NCBI GenBank assembly: GCA_965222895.1
Contig: CBDCVB010000002.1
Coordinates: 1,477,663 to 1,541,662, forward strand
DNA length: 64,000 nucleotides
Direction of reading: 5' to 3'
From: Dehalococcoidia bacterium
GTDB taxonomy: Bacteria; Chloroflexota; Dehalococcoidia; Lucifugimonadales; UBA3495
This document shows positions 1 through 9,612 of the stretch, piece by piece. The notes beneath the pieces are model-generated. The model was not told the DNA's origin. It made no database searches and was given only the letters and a program-made list of their open reading frames with translations. Made by a program: the position numbers and the translations under genes. Position 1 is the first letter of the stretch, and the number at the start of each line of letters is the position of its first letter.

Positions 1-708
1 ACCGGCCCCATCTACGTCAACGGCGCAGAGCCGGGCGATGCCCTCCGTATTGAATTCGTCAGCATCATTCCCAAAGAGAACCCCGCCCACATGATTATGC
101 CGGGGCGGGGCTTTCTGGAGGCGGAGTTCACCGAAGCCTATCCCACCGTCATGAGCATCGACAACGGCCACCTGGTGCTGCCGAGTGGCGTTCGCCTGCC
201 CCTGCGCCCGTCGATGGGACTGGTGGCCACCACGCCCACCTACATCCAGCAAACGGCCAGCGACAGCGGCCCCTACGGCGGCGACATCGACATGAAAGAG
301 CTGGTGGCGGGTAGCGTTTTGTATCTGCCCGTGTTTGTGCCCGGCGGTCTGCTCGCCTTGGGCGATTGCCATGCGGTCGTGGGAGACGGCGCGGTGGCCG
401 GAACCGGCGCCGAGTGTTCCGCAGACACCCACATCCGCGTCACCGTCGAAAAGGGGATGAACCTGTCTGGCCCGCGCGCCATCACCCCGGAACATTACGT
501 CGTCCTGTCTCACGGTGACGACCTCGGCCCCGCCATGAAGCAGGCGGTGCGCGAAATGGTCGACTTCCTGGTCGCCGACAAGGGCTTGGAACCCTACGAC
601 GCCTACACCCTGTGCAGCCTGGCCGGCGACGTTCGGGTCTCCCGCACCTTCCGACCCATCAGCCCGGTGAAAATGATGCTCTCCCGCCAGGCGTTGGAGC
701 AGCTCTGA
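1..708 (+). CDS. Acetamidase/formamidase-family amidohydrolase (5' end outside window)
   Basis: Frame 1 is open from base 1 (TGPIYVNGAEPGDALRIEF...) into the listed ORF 91..708. The GPIYV.GAEPGD and CHAVVGDGA motifs are typical of the FmdA/AmdA family. Confidence 0.8.
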   Translation, partial: TGPIYVNGAEPGDALRIEFVSIIPKENPAHMIMPGRGFLEAEFTEAYPTVMSIDNGHLVLPSGVRLPLRPSMGLVATTPTYIQQTASDSGPYGGDIDMKELVAGSVLYLPVFVPGGLLALGDCHAVVGDGAVAGTGAECSADTHIRVTVEKGMNLSGPRAITPEHYVVLSHGDDLGPAMKQAVREMVDFLVADKGLEPYDAYTLCSLAGDVRVSRTFRPISPVKMMLSRQALEQL

Positions 709-717
709 CGCCTAGCA

Positions 718-779
718 GTCATTCCGCTCTCCTTTTCGTCATTCCGGCGAAAACCGGAATCCAGCAGGTTTCCTGGAAT
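718..779. repeat. Short palindromic repeat family B (GTCATTCC..GCGAAA..GGAATCC), copy 1 of 2
   Basis: gtcattccgctctccttttcGTCATTCCGGCGAAAACCGGAATCCag with stem ATTCCGG/CCGGAAT. A related copy lies at 52896..52972. It starts 10 nt after the amidase stop, so it may double as a terminator. Confidence 0.5.
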
Positions 780-800
780 ACATCCCAGCTCAATCAGACA

Positions 801-831
801 GAATCCTGTTTATCCTGTTCATCCATGTAAA
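801..831. repeat. Short repeat family C (ATCCTGTTYATCCTGTTCATCCMTGTAAA), copy 1 of 3
   Basis: gaatcctgtttatcctgttcatccatgtaaa. Near-identical copy at 35298..35333 and a degenerate copy at 59414..59448. Confidence 0.5.
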
Positions 832-842
832 TACCCGCCCCC

Positions 843-1622
843 TTACGCTACCGAATACCCCCCATCCACCGTAATCACCGCCCCGGTTACGTAATCGGAG
901 GCGCGGCTGGCCAGAAAGACGGTTGCGCCCTGCAACTCGCTAGCCTCACCCCACCGCCCCATCGGGATCCGCCGGTTGATGAGATCGTAGCGTTCGGGTT
1001 GGGTTTCGGGTATAGCCTGGGTCAACTCGGTCATAAACCAGCCGGGCAGGATGACGTTGGACTGGATGTTCTCCGGCGCCCAGGCTACGGCAAAGCTTTT
1101 GGCCAGCTGCACCACGCCGCCCTTGCTGGACGCATAGGGCGCGCCGCTGCCGCCGCCGCCGAAGATGCTGAACATACTGCCGATGCTGATGATTTTCCCG
1201 CCGCCCTGGGACTTGAAGTGGGGGTAAACGGCCCGGCTGGCGAGAAAGGCGGAGCGCAGGTTCACATCCAGCACATTGTCCCATTCGGCGGCGGTGGTCT
1301 CCTCCGGGGGCTTGCGGACGGTGGTGCCGGCGTTGTTGATGAGGATGTCGATGCGCCCGAAGTGAGCGGCGGCGCGGGCCACCATATCGTCGATGTCAGA
1401 GTCGCTGGTAACGTCCGCGTGGATGGCGTGGGCACGGCGGCCGGTCGCTGCGATGGTGGCGACGGCGGAGGCGTTTTTTCCCTCGTTGCGGGCGGCAATG
1501 GCGATGTCGCACCCCGCTTCGGCCAGCCCCAGGGCCATGCCCAGTCCCAGCCCGCCGTTGCCTCCGGTAATCAGGGCCACGCGGCCCGTCAGGTCGAACA
1601 AACCGCCGTTGTTGCTGGTCAT
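843..1622 (-). CDS. Short-chain dehydrogenase/reductase (gluconate-5-dehydrogenase/KduD-like)
   Basis: 259-aa ORF with TGGNGGLG Rossmann motif, NNAG, and catalytic S...YASSK. Confidence 0.85.
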   Translation of the reverse strand: MTSNNGGLFDLTGRVALITGGNGGLGLGMALGLAEAGCDIAIAARNEGKNASAVATIAATGRRAHAIHADVTSDSDIDDMVARAAAHFGRIDILINNAGTTVRKPPEETTAAEWDNVLDVNLRSAFLASRAVYPHFKSQGGGKIISIGSMFSIFGGGGSGAPYASSKGGVVQLAKSFAVAWAPENIQSNVILPGWFMTELTQAIPETQPERYDLINRRIPMGRWGEASELQGATVFLASRASDYVTGAVITVDGGYSVA

Positions 1623-1682
1623 TGGTATCCTCTGATTTGCGTCTGTCGCAATGCTGGTACAGTATCGTCTGGCCCCCCACGA

Positions 1683-2375
1683 TCAAACGTGCATCGTGTC
1701 CCCATCGTATCCGCACATCCCGCACCTCGGAGAGTTGACGACCGGCAACAGGTATTCCGATGCTGGGCCGGTAGTTGGAGCGCAGCCGTCGCAGAACCCA
1801 ACCGTCATTGCTAACCAATCATCCTCTGAGAAGCCAACCTGTGTTGCGGTCGCTCCACATTGCTGGCACTCGATAACCGGCGCGTCATTGCGGGCCAGCA
1901 GCCGGATTTGCCCAGTTCCTCCGTCCAATTCCGCGAGACTTCTCAGCGTCAGCTCTGTAGTTGTACCAAAGTCGTACTCGTAGCTAAACTTCGTTCCGGG
2001 CGAGGCTACCCGTCCCAGCGCGATGTTCATGCTTTTCCCGTAACCGCCCGGATAGGAATCGTAGCCCACCCCGGCGATCATGAACGTGCTGAGGTGGCCG
2101 CAACATTCCACCCATATTCTCCGCAGGTACTGATCCAGTTCCTCCAACTTGCTGCCGGACGGGATTTCCAGGTGCAACCAGTACTCCGGCCGGTAGGCGT
2201 CTTCCACCACAAGATGGATGCTTCTGGACGGCCGGGAGCGCCGGCCCGGTTCGCTGCGCCCTTCGTCCGGGCGGCCGGTTCTGGTCAGGCAGCTTTTCAA
2301 GTGCCGCGACATCCCTGATTTGCGAAATGACTTGCGGCACAGCTCACAGGTTCCCGCTCCGGTGGCGCTGCTCAT
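1683..2375 (-). CDS. Hypothetical protein, pRiA4b ORF-3-like domain with Cys-rich termini
   Basis: Listed ORF 1683..2447; start placed at the internal ATG (MSSATGAG). CELC..HLKSC zinc-finger-like N-terminus. YWLHLEIPSGSKLEELDQYLRRIW..GHLSTF resembles the pRiA4b ORF-3 family signature. C-terminal CxxC pairs. Confidence 0.5.
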   Translation of the reverse strand: MSSATGAGTCELCRKSFRKSGMSRHLKSCLTRTGRPDEGRSEPGRRSRPSRSIHLVVEDAYRPEYWLHLEIPSGSKLEELDQYLRRIWVECCGHLSTFMIAGVGYDSYPGGYGKSMNIALGRVASPGTKFSYEYDFGTTTELTLRSLAELDGGTGQIRLLARNDAPVIECQQCGATATQVGFSEDDWLAMTVGFCDGCAPTTGPASEYLLPVVNSPRCGMCGYDGDTMHV

Positions 2376-2480
2376 AATCCTCGCTCCTCTGTTGAAAATC
2401 AGCGTTATGGGCAGTGGGTGTTTCTCCTTGCCGCCGCCCAGTCCCAATTATTCCCCTTCGCGGCAAGTTTGTAAATCGAA

Positions 2481-2505
2481 CAGGGGCGCCCATTGGACGC
2501 CCCTG
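2481..2505 (-). terminator. Hairpin downstream of hppA
   Basis: CAGGGGCG-n9-CGCCCCTG, 29 nt past the hppA stop. On the minus strand it is followed by TTCGATTT. Confidence 0.4.
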
Positions 2506-2533
2506 CTATTCCGATAGCGTGTACCTGTGGTTC

Positions 2534-4591
2534 TTACAGGTTTATCAGTGAGGGCACTGCCACGAACGCCGGTGCGAAGACCAGCGACACAATGGCCATC
2601 AGCTTGAGCAGGATGTTCAGGCTGGGGCCGGAAGTGTCTTTGAACGGGTCGCCGACCACGTCGCCCTCCACGGCGGCCTTGTGGGCGTCTGAGCCCTTGC
2701 CGCCATAGTTGCCCAATTCTACGTACTTTTTGGCGTTGTCCCAGGAACCGCCGGCGGAGGCCATCATGATGGCCAGCATGAATCCGGCAGACACCGAACC
2801 GATGAGCAGCCCACCCAACGCAGCCTCCCCCAGAATGAATCCGGTGGCGATGGGCGCGGCAACCGCCATCAAACCCGGAACGATCATTTCGCGCAATGCG
2901 CTGCGGGTGCTGATGTCCACGCAGCGGGCGGAGTCCGGCTTGGCAGTGCCTTCCATCAATCCGGGGATTTCGCGGAACTGCCGGCGCACCTCGTCAACGA
3001 TGCCCTGGGCGGCACGACCAACCGCCTGCATAGTGAGCGCCGAGAAGATGAACGGCAGCATCGCGCCGATGATCAGTCCGACCAGAATTTGCGGCTGCAG
3101 GAGGTTGATGCCCGTGCCGCCCTCAGACAACCGTCCGTCGGGCCCCAGGGTGATCAATCCGGCGCTGACTGAAAAAGCGGCGAGCAGCGCCAGCGCAGTC
3201 AGGGCGGCGGAGCCGATCGCAAATCCCTTGCCGGTGGCCGCCGTGGTGTTGCCCAAAGCGTCCAGGGCGTCGGTGCGCTCGCGTACCTGCGGGTCCAGGT
3301 TGGCTTGCTCCGCGATGCCGCCGGCGTTGTCGGCGACCGGCCCGTAAGCATCGGTCGCCAGGGTAATGCCTAGGGTGGACAATAGGCCCACGCCCGCCAG
3401 CGCAATGCCGTAGAAACCGGCGAACCAGTAGGCCAACAGAATGGCGACCGACACGCAGAACACTGGAATCAGGGTGCTGAGCATTCCGCTCGCAATCCCC
3501 TGAATTATCACGGTCGCCGCGCCGGTTTCCGAGGCTGCGGAAACTCTCCTGGTTGGAGAGTAGCTGTACGAGGTGTAGTATTCCGTGGCCAGTCCGATGA
3601 TTGTTCCGGCGACCAAACCGGCCACCACGCATCCGAACCAGAACCAGTTGTGGGTCAGTGTGATGGTGAGAATGGCGGCGAAGATGATGAGCAGTCCGCC
3701 GGCGGCGAATATGCCGTAGCGCAACGCCCACAAAAGCCGCTCGAAGTTGGCCTGCTCTCCACTGCGGACGACGAAGGTGCCCAGGATGGCGGCGATGATG
3801 CCGGCTCCGGCCAGCAGCATCGGGAACACTGCTTGCGAATGGAATGCGCCCGCGCCGGCAGCCAGCGCCACCGCGGAAATGATACTGCCCACGTATGACT
3901 CGAACAGGTCGGCTCCCATGCCCGCAACGTCGCCGACGTTATCGCCCACGTTATCGGCGATGACGCCCGGGTTGCGGGGATCGTCCTCGGGTATCCCTGC
4001 CTCTACCTTGCCAACCAAGTCGGAACCAACGTCGGCGGCTTTGGTGAAAATGCCGCCGCCCACGCGCGCAAACAGGGCGATGGAGCTGGCTCCGAATCCG
4101 AAACCGGCCACCGCCGTGATGTCCCGGAAGATTACATAAAGGATGGTAACGCCCAGCAGGCCGATGCCCACCACAGTTACACCCATGACGGTGCCGCTGG
4201 AAAAGGCGATACGCAGAGCGGGGTTGAGTCCTATCATGGCGGCCGCCGCGGTGCGGATATTCGCCCTGACCGCCACGTTCATGCCGACGTACCCCGCCAG
4301 GCCGGAGCAGATCGCGCCGACCAGGTAAGATATGGCGGTTGCCGGTACGCCCAGGTTGTGTTTAAAGATGGTGTAGTCCAACACCCCCAGCACGATGGCA
4401 ACGACAATCACGAAAGGCACCAGCGACAGGTATTCGCGGCGCAGGAACGCCGACGCTCCGGTGCGGATGGCGTCGCCAATTTCGATCATGGTCTCATTGC
4501 CGCGGTCGGCGCCGATGACCCGATACGCGATGATGGCCGCAAATACCAGGGCGATGACCCCAGCGGCCAGTGCCACAATGATTGATTCCAT
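2534..4591 (-). CDS. hppA: Membrane-bound H+/Na+-translocating pyrophosphatase
   Basis: Multi-TM ORF with the hallmark motifs [28 protein letters not shown] and [10 protein letters not shown]. Start moved to the ATG at 4591, which is preceded by GGAGAGGAGAG. Confidence 0.95.
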   Translation of the reverse strand: MESIIVALAAGVIALVFAAIIAYRVIGADRGNETMIEIGDAIRTGASAFLRREYLSLVPFVIVVAIVLGVLDYTIFKHNLGVPATAISYLVGAICSGLAGYVGMNVAVRANIRTAAAAMIGLNPALRIAFSSGTVMGVTVVGIGLLGVTILYVIFRDITAVAGFGFGASSIALFARVGGGIFTKAADVGSDLVGKVEAGIPEDDPRNPGVIADNVGDNVGDVAGMGADLFESYVGSIISAVALAAGAGAFHSQAVFPMLLAGAGIIAAILGTFVVRSGEQANFERLLWALRYGIFAAGGLLIIFAAILTITLTHNWFWFGCVVAGLVAGTIIGLATEYYTSYSYSPTRRVSAASETGAATVIIQGIASGMLSTLIPVFCVSVAILLAYWFAGFYGIALAGVGLLSTLGITLATDAYGPVADNAGGIAEQANLDPQVRERTDALDALGNTTAATGKGFAIGSAALTALALLAAFSVSAGLITLGPDGRLSEGGTGINLLQPQILVGLIIGAMLPFIFSALTMQAVGRAAQGIVDEVRRQFREIPGLMEGTAKPDSARCVDISTRSALREMIVPGLMAVAAPIATGFILGEAALGGLLIGSVSAGFMLAIMMASAGGSWDNAKKYVELGNYGGKGSDAHKAAVEGDVVGDPFKDTSGPSLNILLKLMAIVSLVFAPAFVAVPSLINL

Positions 4592-4681
4592 ACTCTCCTC
4601 TCCGTTTTCAGCTATATTGACCGACAAACGTTACGAAACTAGCAGAACGACGGGCAGGTGTCAATGAGAGCCCAATCTCAC

Positions 4682-4825
4682 GCGTACCCGCTATAATCTG
4701 TCATTGCGAGCGCAGCGTGGCAATCTCGTCGCTGAAATCGCCGTTGTTGCCTCAAAGAGATCGCCACGTCGCTGCGCTCCTCGCAATGACAGTTGGCCGG
4801 TTGGTTTGACAAGGTGGGCACGTGT
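4682..4825. repeat. MITE/REP-like inverted-repeat element family A, copy 1 of 4
   Basis: GTCATTGCGAGCGCAGCGTGGCAATCTCG (4700-) faces its inverted partner GAGATCGCCACGTCGCTGCGCTCCTCGCAATGAC (-4790). GCGTACCC..CTTTGACA-type subterminal units flank it. Intergenic. Confidence 0.7.
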
Positions 4826-4871
4826 GAGCGGGCCGGATATTGTCGCCTCGGTCTGACAGTGGCTGCGGTAG

Positions 4872-5438
4872 CTATGCGTAGTCAGACAAGTTTATGATAC
4901 TGGGGTCAATCTTTCCGTCCTGAATTTGCAGGAGCGCTACAGTGCCGGGCGACCCGGGAACATGGCGCCGGCCCGGATAGGTCGGGCTGCCCGGATTGAT
5001 GAACAGCACGCCGTCGCGCCATTCAATCAGTTCTTCGTGGGTATCACCAAACGCCACCACATCCACACTCCCGCCGAATTTGCGGTGCAACAGGTCGGGC
5101 AGCCTGGAGGCCGGGTATTGCAAGCCGGCGCCGTCGGGCGTGGTCATGATGGCGGGGGTAGGCCACTGGATGTCATGCACCATGCCGATGCGCGTCCCGG
5201 CAACTTCAACGATGCGAGAAACGTCGGCGAGGCGACCGCCGGGTTCGCGGGGGTCTTCGTAGCCACGCACCGCCAGCACCGGCGCCACCTGCTCCAGACA
5301 GTCCAGCACGCCGATACATTCCAGGTCACCGCAATGCAGCACCAGGTCGCAGCCCTCCAGGGCGTTCAGCACGTTGGCCGGCAAGTCCCAGCCGCTGCCG
5401 GCGGAGTGAGTATCGGACACGAGGCCGATCTTTACCAT
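4872..5438 (-). CDS. YfcE/MJ0936-family metallophosphoesterase
   Basis: MVKIGLVSDTH.., GD.., GDTH.. motifs; 188 aa. Confidence 0.85.
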   Translation of the reverse strand: MVKIGLVSDTHSAGSGWDLPANVLNALEGCDLVLHCGDLECIGVLDCLEQVAPVLAVRGYEDPREPGGRLADVSRIVEVAGTRIGMVHDIQWPTPAIMTTPDGAGLQYPASRLPDLLHRKFGGSVDVVAFGDTHEELIEWRDGVLFINPGSPTYPGRRHVPGSPGTVALLQIQDGKIDPSIINLSDYA

Positions 5439-5468
5439 GACACGTTAGTATCCGACACGTTAGTATCC
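5439..5468. repeat. Perfect 15-bp tandem duplication (GACACGTTAGTATCC x2)
   Basis: 5439-5453 and 5454-5468 are identical. They directly abut the start codon (5436-5438, minus strand) of the phosphoesterase gene. Confidence 0.9.
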
Positions 5469-5497
5469 CCAAACGCGTTGCATTTCGGCACAAGTTA

Positions 5498-6508
5498 TCA
5501 GGTCTGGGGCGCCAGCGCTTCCAAAGTACCGAGCATAGTTTCGCGATCTGTGCCGTGGGGGAAGGCGACGATGGGCATATCGACGCCGTTGGCTCTGAAT
5601 CTGCCCATTTTCCGCCGGCAATCTTCGGGCGAACCAATGACGGTGATGCTTTCGATCATTTCATCGGTAATGGCGGCGGCGGCTTTGCTCCGGTCGCCTT
5701 CTGCCCAGGCGGCCCGCACCGCATCGCCCTGGGCCCGGTAGCCGTACCGACCGAACAGGTCGTAGTAATACTGGCCCATACCGCCAACGTAAAACGCCAT
5801 GTGAGCCCTGGCCTGGGCGGTGGCCTCCGCCAGCGCGTCGCCATCGTCGGTGGCACAGCACAGGATTTGAGGCGCGGTGGTGATGTCGGCGATGGAACGT
5901 CCGGCAGCCTCGGCGGCGTCGATCAGCGGCTGTTTGATTTGGGGGAGCTGCTCGCAGTGCATCCAGATGGGTAACCAGCCATCGGCCAGCTCGCCGGTGA
6001 GCTGTAGGTTGCGGCGTCCCAGCGACGCGACGTAGATGGGTATGCGTTCCTGAACCGGCGACACTCCCATGCGGAATCGTTTCAGTTCGTAAAATTTGCC
6101 TTTGTAATTGACGCGGTCTCCGGAGAGGGCCATCCGCACTATGTCGATGTACTCCCGGGTGCGCGTAACCGGATGGTCGAATTTGACGCCGTGCCAGTCT
6201 TCGATGACGATGCGCCCGCTGGTGCCCAAGCCCAGGATGGCCCGCCCGCCGCTGATGCAGTCCAGCGACGCGATGCTCTGCGCAATCAGTCCCGGCGTGC
6301 GGCTGTACACCGTGACAATGCCCGTGCCCAATCCGATGCGCTCGGTGTGGCACGCCAGCATGGTCAGCACGGTGAGCGCATCCCGCCCCCAGGATTCGCC
6401 GGTCCAGAAGGAATGGTAGCCCAGCCGGTCGGCGGCCTGGGCCACTGCAATCAGGTCCGTGTCGTCGTTGTTGTCGCGGCTGCTGAAGGTGAGGGCGATG
6501 GCGTCCAT
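5498..6508 (-). CDS. Luciferase-like (LLM class) flavin/F420-dependent oxidoreductase
   Basis: C-terminal 336 aa of the listed ORF 5498..6736. The homologous part begins MDAIALTFSS..LGYHSFWTGESWGRDA. The ATG at 6508 avoids overlap with the upstream gene, which ends at 6607. Confidence 0.8.
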   Translation of the reverse strand: MDAIALTFSSRDNNDDTDLIAVAQAADRLGYHSFWTGESWGRDALTVLTMLACHTERIGLGTGIVTVYSRTPGLIAQSIASLDCISGGRAILGLGTSGRIVIEDWHGVKFDHPVTRTREYIDIVRMALSGDRVNYKGKFYELKRFRMGVSPVQERIPIYVASLGRRNLQLTGELADGWLPIWMHCEQLPQIKQPLIDAAEAAGRSIADITTAPQILCCATDDGDALAEATAQARAHMAFYVGGMGQYYYDLFGRYGYRAQGDAVRAAWAEGDRSKAAAAITDEMIESITVIGSPEDCRRKMGRFRANGVDMPIVAFPHGTDRETMLGTLEALAPQT

Positions 6509-6606
6509 ATAAGCTGTTGTCCCGGGCAGACTGAATAGCGGCAAAATTGTTGTGGAGATTTTGTTGTGGCAAGGATGACTTGTTGTGGCGATGTCGTGGT
6601 GGCGGG

Positions 6607-7182
6607 TTAGTTGCGATTTTGCCAGATGATGTACGGGTCCAGCGCGTCGCCGGTGAGGGATTCGCCCAGGGCTTCGCTGGTAATGGGGTAGGTTTGCGAC
6701 TCCTGGATAACCAGTTCGCGCATTTTTTCGCCCCATTGTTTCACGTCGGCGGGTTCGGCGCGGCCCGAAAGCATATCGGTAAAGCCTTCAACCAGCTGGT
6801 CGACCGGAGCGGCCAGCACGGGGCCGGAAATGACGTACACCACGACCTCAGGCAGGTTTTCTTCGTCGTGGAAGTCAACCCCCAGGCGTTCCAGGATCGA
6901 GTTCATCGCTACGGCCCGCACGATTTCGTCCGCTTGCGTTGGCATATTCATCATGTGAGCGAATGGGTGGTCCTGTCCTTCCCGCAGCGAGATGGAAAAT
7001 TCGTTTTCCACGGCCCGGTAATATTCGTCATTGAACACATCATCGGCGGATACCAGAGCGATTTTCGCCGGGGAGACGCGCAAGTCTACGGCGATGAATT
7101 CCTGCAGATGGGGAAATATAGCCAGGGTGATGTCGGGCCGACGGCCGTTGGGCAACGGGCCGCCGTTCAGTTCCTCGAACAA
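6607..7182 (-). CDS. Hypothetical protein (no family recognised)
   Basis: 191-aa ORF with a TTG start preceded by AAGGAG at a 7-nt spacing. Acidic, no TM segments. Confidence 0.5.
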   Translation of the reverse strand: MFEELNGGPLPNGRRPDITLAIFPHLQEFIAVDLRVSPAKIALVSADDVFNDEYYRAVENEFSISLREGQDHPFAHMMNMPTQADEIVRAVAMNSILERLGVDFHDEENLPEVVVYVISGPVLAAPVDQLVEGFTDMLSGRAEPADVKQWGEKMRELVIQESQTYPITSEALGESLTGDALDPYIIWQNRN

Positions 7183-7272
7183 AGCTGCGCTCCTTGTAAT
7201 TGGTAACGGCCGGCCAAGTCGCCGGCGGTTTAGCCAGCAGGGGTGATCAAAGTTGGCGAGGACGTGGGCGGG

Positions 7273-8034
7273 TTACGCGTTGACCAAACGTTTCACAGCG
7301 TCGGGTACGCCGGAAAGGTCATCTACCGTTTCATCGGCCTGCGAGTTCGGGTCATCCGGGTCTTCCGGTTCATAGAAACCTTGAATCCAGACCGACTTCA
7401 TACCGATCCGGTTGGCGCCGACTACGTCGTTGGTAACGTGGTCTCCGATGTGGATCGTGGTCGCCGGCGTGGCCCCCAGTGATTCGATGGTCATCAGGAA
7501 TATCTCGTCAGAGGGTTTCGCCAGCAATACTTCGTCGGAGAAGGTCAGCGTGTCGAAGTATTCCACGATCCCGTTCCGCCGCAGAAATTCCCGGAACGTG
7601 TAGCCCGGAGTCATGCCGGTGTTAGAGATGAGGCCAATATTCAAACCCAGCCGATGCACCGATTCCAGGGTTTGATGCGTGGCGTCGTGAAAGATGGGCG
7701 GGTATTCGAAAAATGATTCGGCGTACACCCTTTCAATCTCGGCGATGGTTGCTTCCGACAGGCGGTCTACCAGACCCTCGCTGACGAGGTTGATGAAGAT
7801 TTCCACCTGATTACGGAAGCTGACGTCCTTGTTGGTGTCCCGGACGGCGCGGCAAGCGCGGTAACAGGCGCGATAAGCCTCCCGGATGTGGTCGGGGTCA
7901 AACTCCTCCCCGTGGCCGCGTAAAAGGTCGTGAGCGCCGTCCAGTCGCACCTGCGCCCGTTTTTGTCCCAGCTCCCGGTTGTCCAGGATTAGGGTTTGCC
8001 ACAAGTCAAAAGTTACTGCCGTGATGGTGGACAC
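7273..8034 (-). CDS. HAD-superfamily hydrolase (subfamily IA, DREG-2/haloacid-dehalogenase-like)
   Basis: Motif I FDLWQTL, SNT (motif II), and the C-terminal GDH..ND motif. GTG start. Confidence 0.8.
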   Translation of the reverse strand: MSTITAVTFDLWQTLILDNRELGQKRAQVRLDGAHDLLRGHGEEFDPDHIREAYRACYRACRAVRDTNKDVSFRNQVEIFINLVSEGLVDRLSEATIAEIERVYAESFFEYPPIFHDATHQTLESVHRLGLNIGLISNTGMTPGYTFREFLRRNGIVEYFDTLTFSDEVLLAKPSDEIFLMTIESLGATPATTIHIGDHVTNDVVGANRIGMKSVWIQGFYEPEDPDDPNSQADETVDDLSGVPDAVKRLVNA

Positions 8035-8109
8035 GATGCAATCCCTGCCAAGAGAGAAGACCAGGAGAGAAGAAAATTGAATCGGGTGGGGGTTGGGTTA
8101 GCAGTGGGG

Positions 8110-9522
8110 TTACAGGGGCGGCCGTTGATTGTGCCAGTCGGTGGCCTGTTGGTAGGCGTGGGCGGCCCGTAGCACGGTTGATTCGTCGAAGTTGCGACCC
8201 GCCAGGTGTAACCCCGCCGGCAGACCATCATCCGCGAACCCGCACGGCACTGAAATGGCCGGGGAGCCGGTGATGTTGTAAACCCGGGTGTAACGGGTCA
8301 GCAGCGGCACGGCCGGCACCGATTCGCCGTCGATGTCGATGCGGCGTTCCAGAATCACCGGCGCCGTTACCGGTTCCACGGGGCCAGCCAGCAGGTCAAC
8401 GTTTTTCAGCAGGTCGGCAACCTGCTGGCAAAAAACCTGCCGGGCCTGTTGGGCGCGCAGATACTCGCCGGCAGAGATGAACAGGCCCTCTTCCAGGCGG
8501 TCGCGTACCTGCGGGTAGAGCTTGTCGCCATCGCTCAGCAAAATGTCGCGATGCGCGGCGGTGGCCTCGGCGCTGAGGATGACGTTGCTGATGGCCTGGG
8601 CGTACTGGAACATTGGGAGGGACACTTCGACAATCTCGGCGCCCAGCTCACCGAGCACGCCGATAGCCCGGTGCGCCAGGTTAGCAACCTGAGAGTCGAT
8701 GGGCCCGTCGAAATACTCTTTCACCACACCAATGCGCAGGCCCCGCACGTCGCCGGTAAGCGCGGCTGTATAGTCGGGCACCGGCACATTGGCGGTAACG
8801 TGGTCGCGGGGATCTGGCCCGGCGATGGCGTTCATCGTCAGTGCGGCGTCTTCTACAGTGCGAGCCATCGGGCCGGGATGGTCAAGGCACCAGGACAGCG
8901 GCGTAAGCCCGGCGCGGCTAACCCGGCCGTAGGTGGGTTTCAGTCCCACGATTCCGCACAGGGCGGCGGGAATGCGAACGCTGCCGCCGGTGTCGCTACC
9001 CATGGTGATGGTGCATTGGCCGGCGGCGACTGCCGAACCGCTGCCGCCGCTGGAACCGCCGGTAATGCGCTCCGGGTTCCACGGGTTGTGCATATGGCCG
9101 TAGTCGGCGTTTTCTCCGGTGGGGCCGAAGGCCAACGGGTGCATATTGAGCTTTCCCAGCAGTATCGCGCCAGCCTCGCTGAACCTGGTGGCAACGGTGC
9201 AATCCTGCGTGGGCACGTGAGTGTCGTAGATACGGGTGCCCGAGGTGGTGCGGACGCCGGCGGTGTGGAACAGGTCTTTGAGGCCGACTGGAATGCCGTG
9301 CAATGGGCCCCGGTAATTGCCGCGCCCAATGTCCTGCTCGGCGCGCCGGGCGGCGGCGCGGGCCTGCTCCGGAATCAGCGTGATGAAGGAATTTAGCGTC
9401 GGCTCGGTGGCTTCAATGCGGGCCAGACAAGCGTCAACCACGTTCACCGGGGAGATTTCGCGGTCGCGAATCAGGCCGGACAATTCCCATGCCGACATAT
9501 AATGCAGTTCCTGGGCAGGCAT
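8110..9522 (-). CDS. Amidase-signature family amidase (GatA/AtzE-like)
   Basis: GGSSGGSGSAVAAG amidase signature. Start placed at the ATG at 9522, preceded by GTGAGGAA; the listed ORF extends to 9537. Confidence 0.85.
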   Translation of the reverse strand: MPAQELHYMSAWELSGLIRDREISPVNVVDACLARIEATEPTLNSFITLIPEQARAAARRAEQDIGRGNYRGPLHGIPVGLKDLFHTAGVRTTSGTRIYDTHVPTQDCTVATRFSEAGAILLGKLNMHPLAFGPTGENADYGHMHNPWNPERITGGSSGGSGSAVAAGQCTITMGSDTGGSVRIPAALCGIVGLKPTYGRVSRAGLTPLSWCLDHPGPMARTVEDAALTMNAIAGPDPRDHVTANVPVPDYTAALTGDVRGLRIGVVKEYFDGPIDSQVANLAHRAIGVLGELGAEIVEVSLPMFQYAQAISNVILSAEATAAHRDILLSDGDKLYPQVRDRLEEGLFISAGEYLRAQQARQVFCQQVADLLKNVDLLAGPVEPVTAPVILERRIDIDGESVPAVPLLTRYTRVYNITGSPAISVPCGFADDGLPAGLHLAGRNFDESTVLRAAHAYQQATDWHNQRPPL

Positions 9523-9612
9523 GGCGTTCCTCACCATCGAAAAAGGGCTACGCTCTGAAAAGGGTTGCGGGTTATGGGCGTTGCGAGCGCTCGGCTTACC
9601 AGCCGTAAGGGC

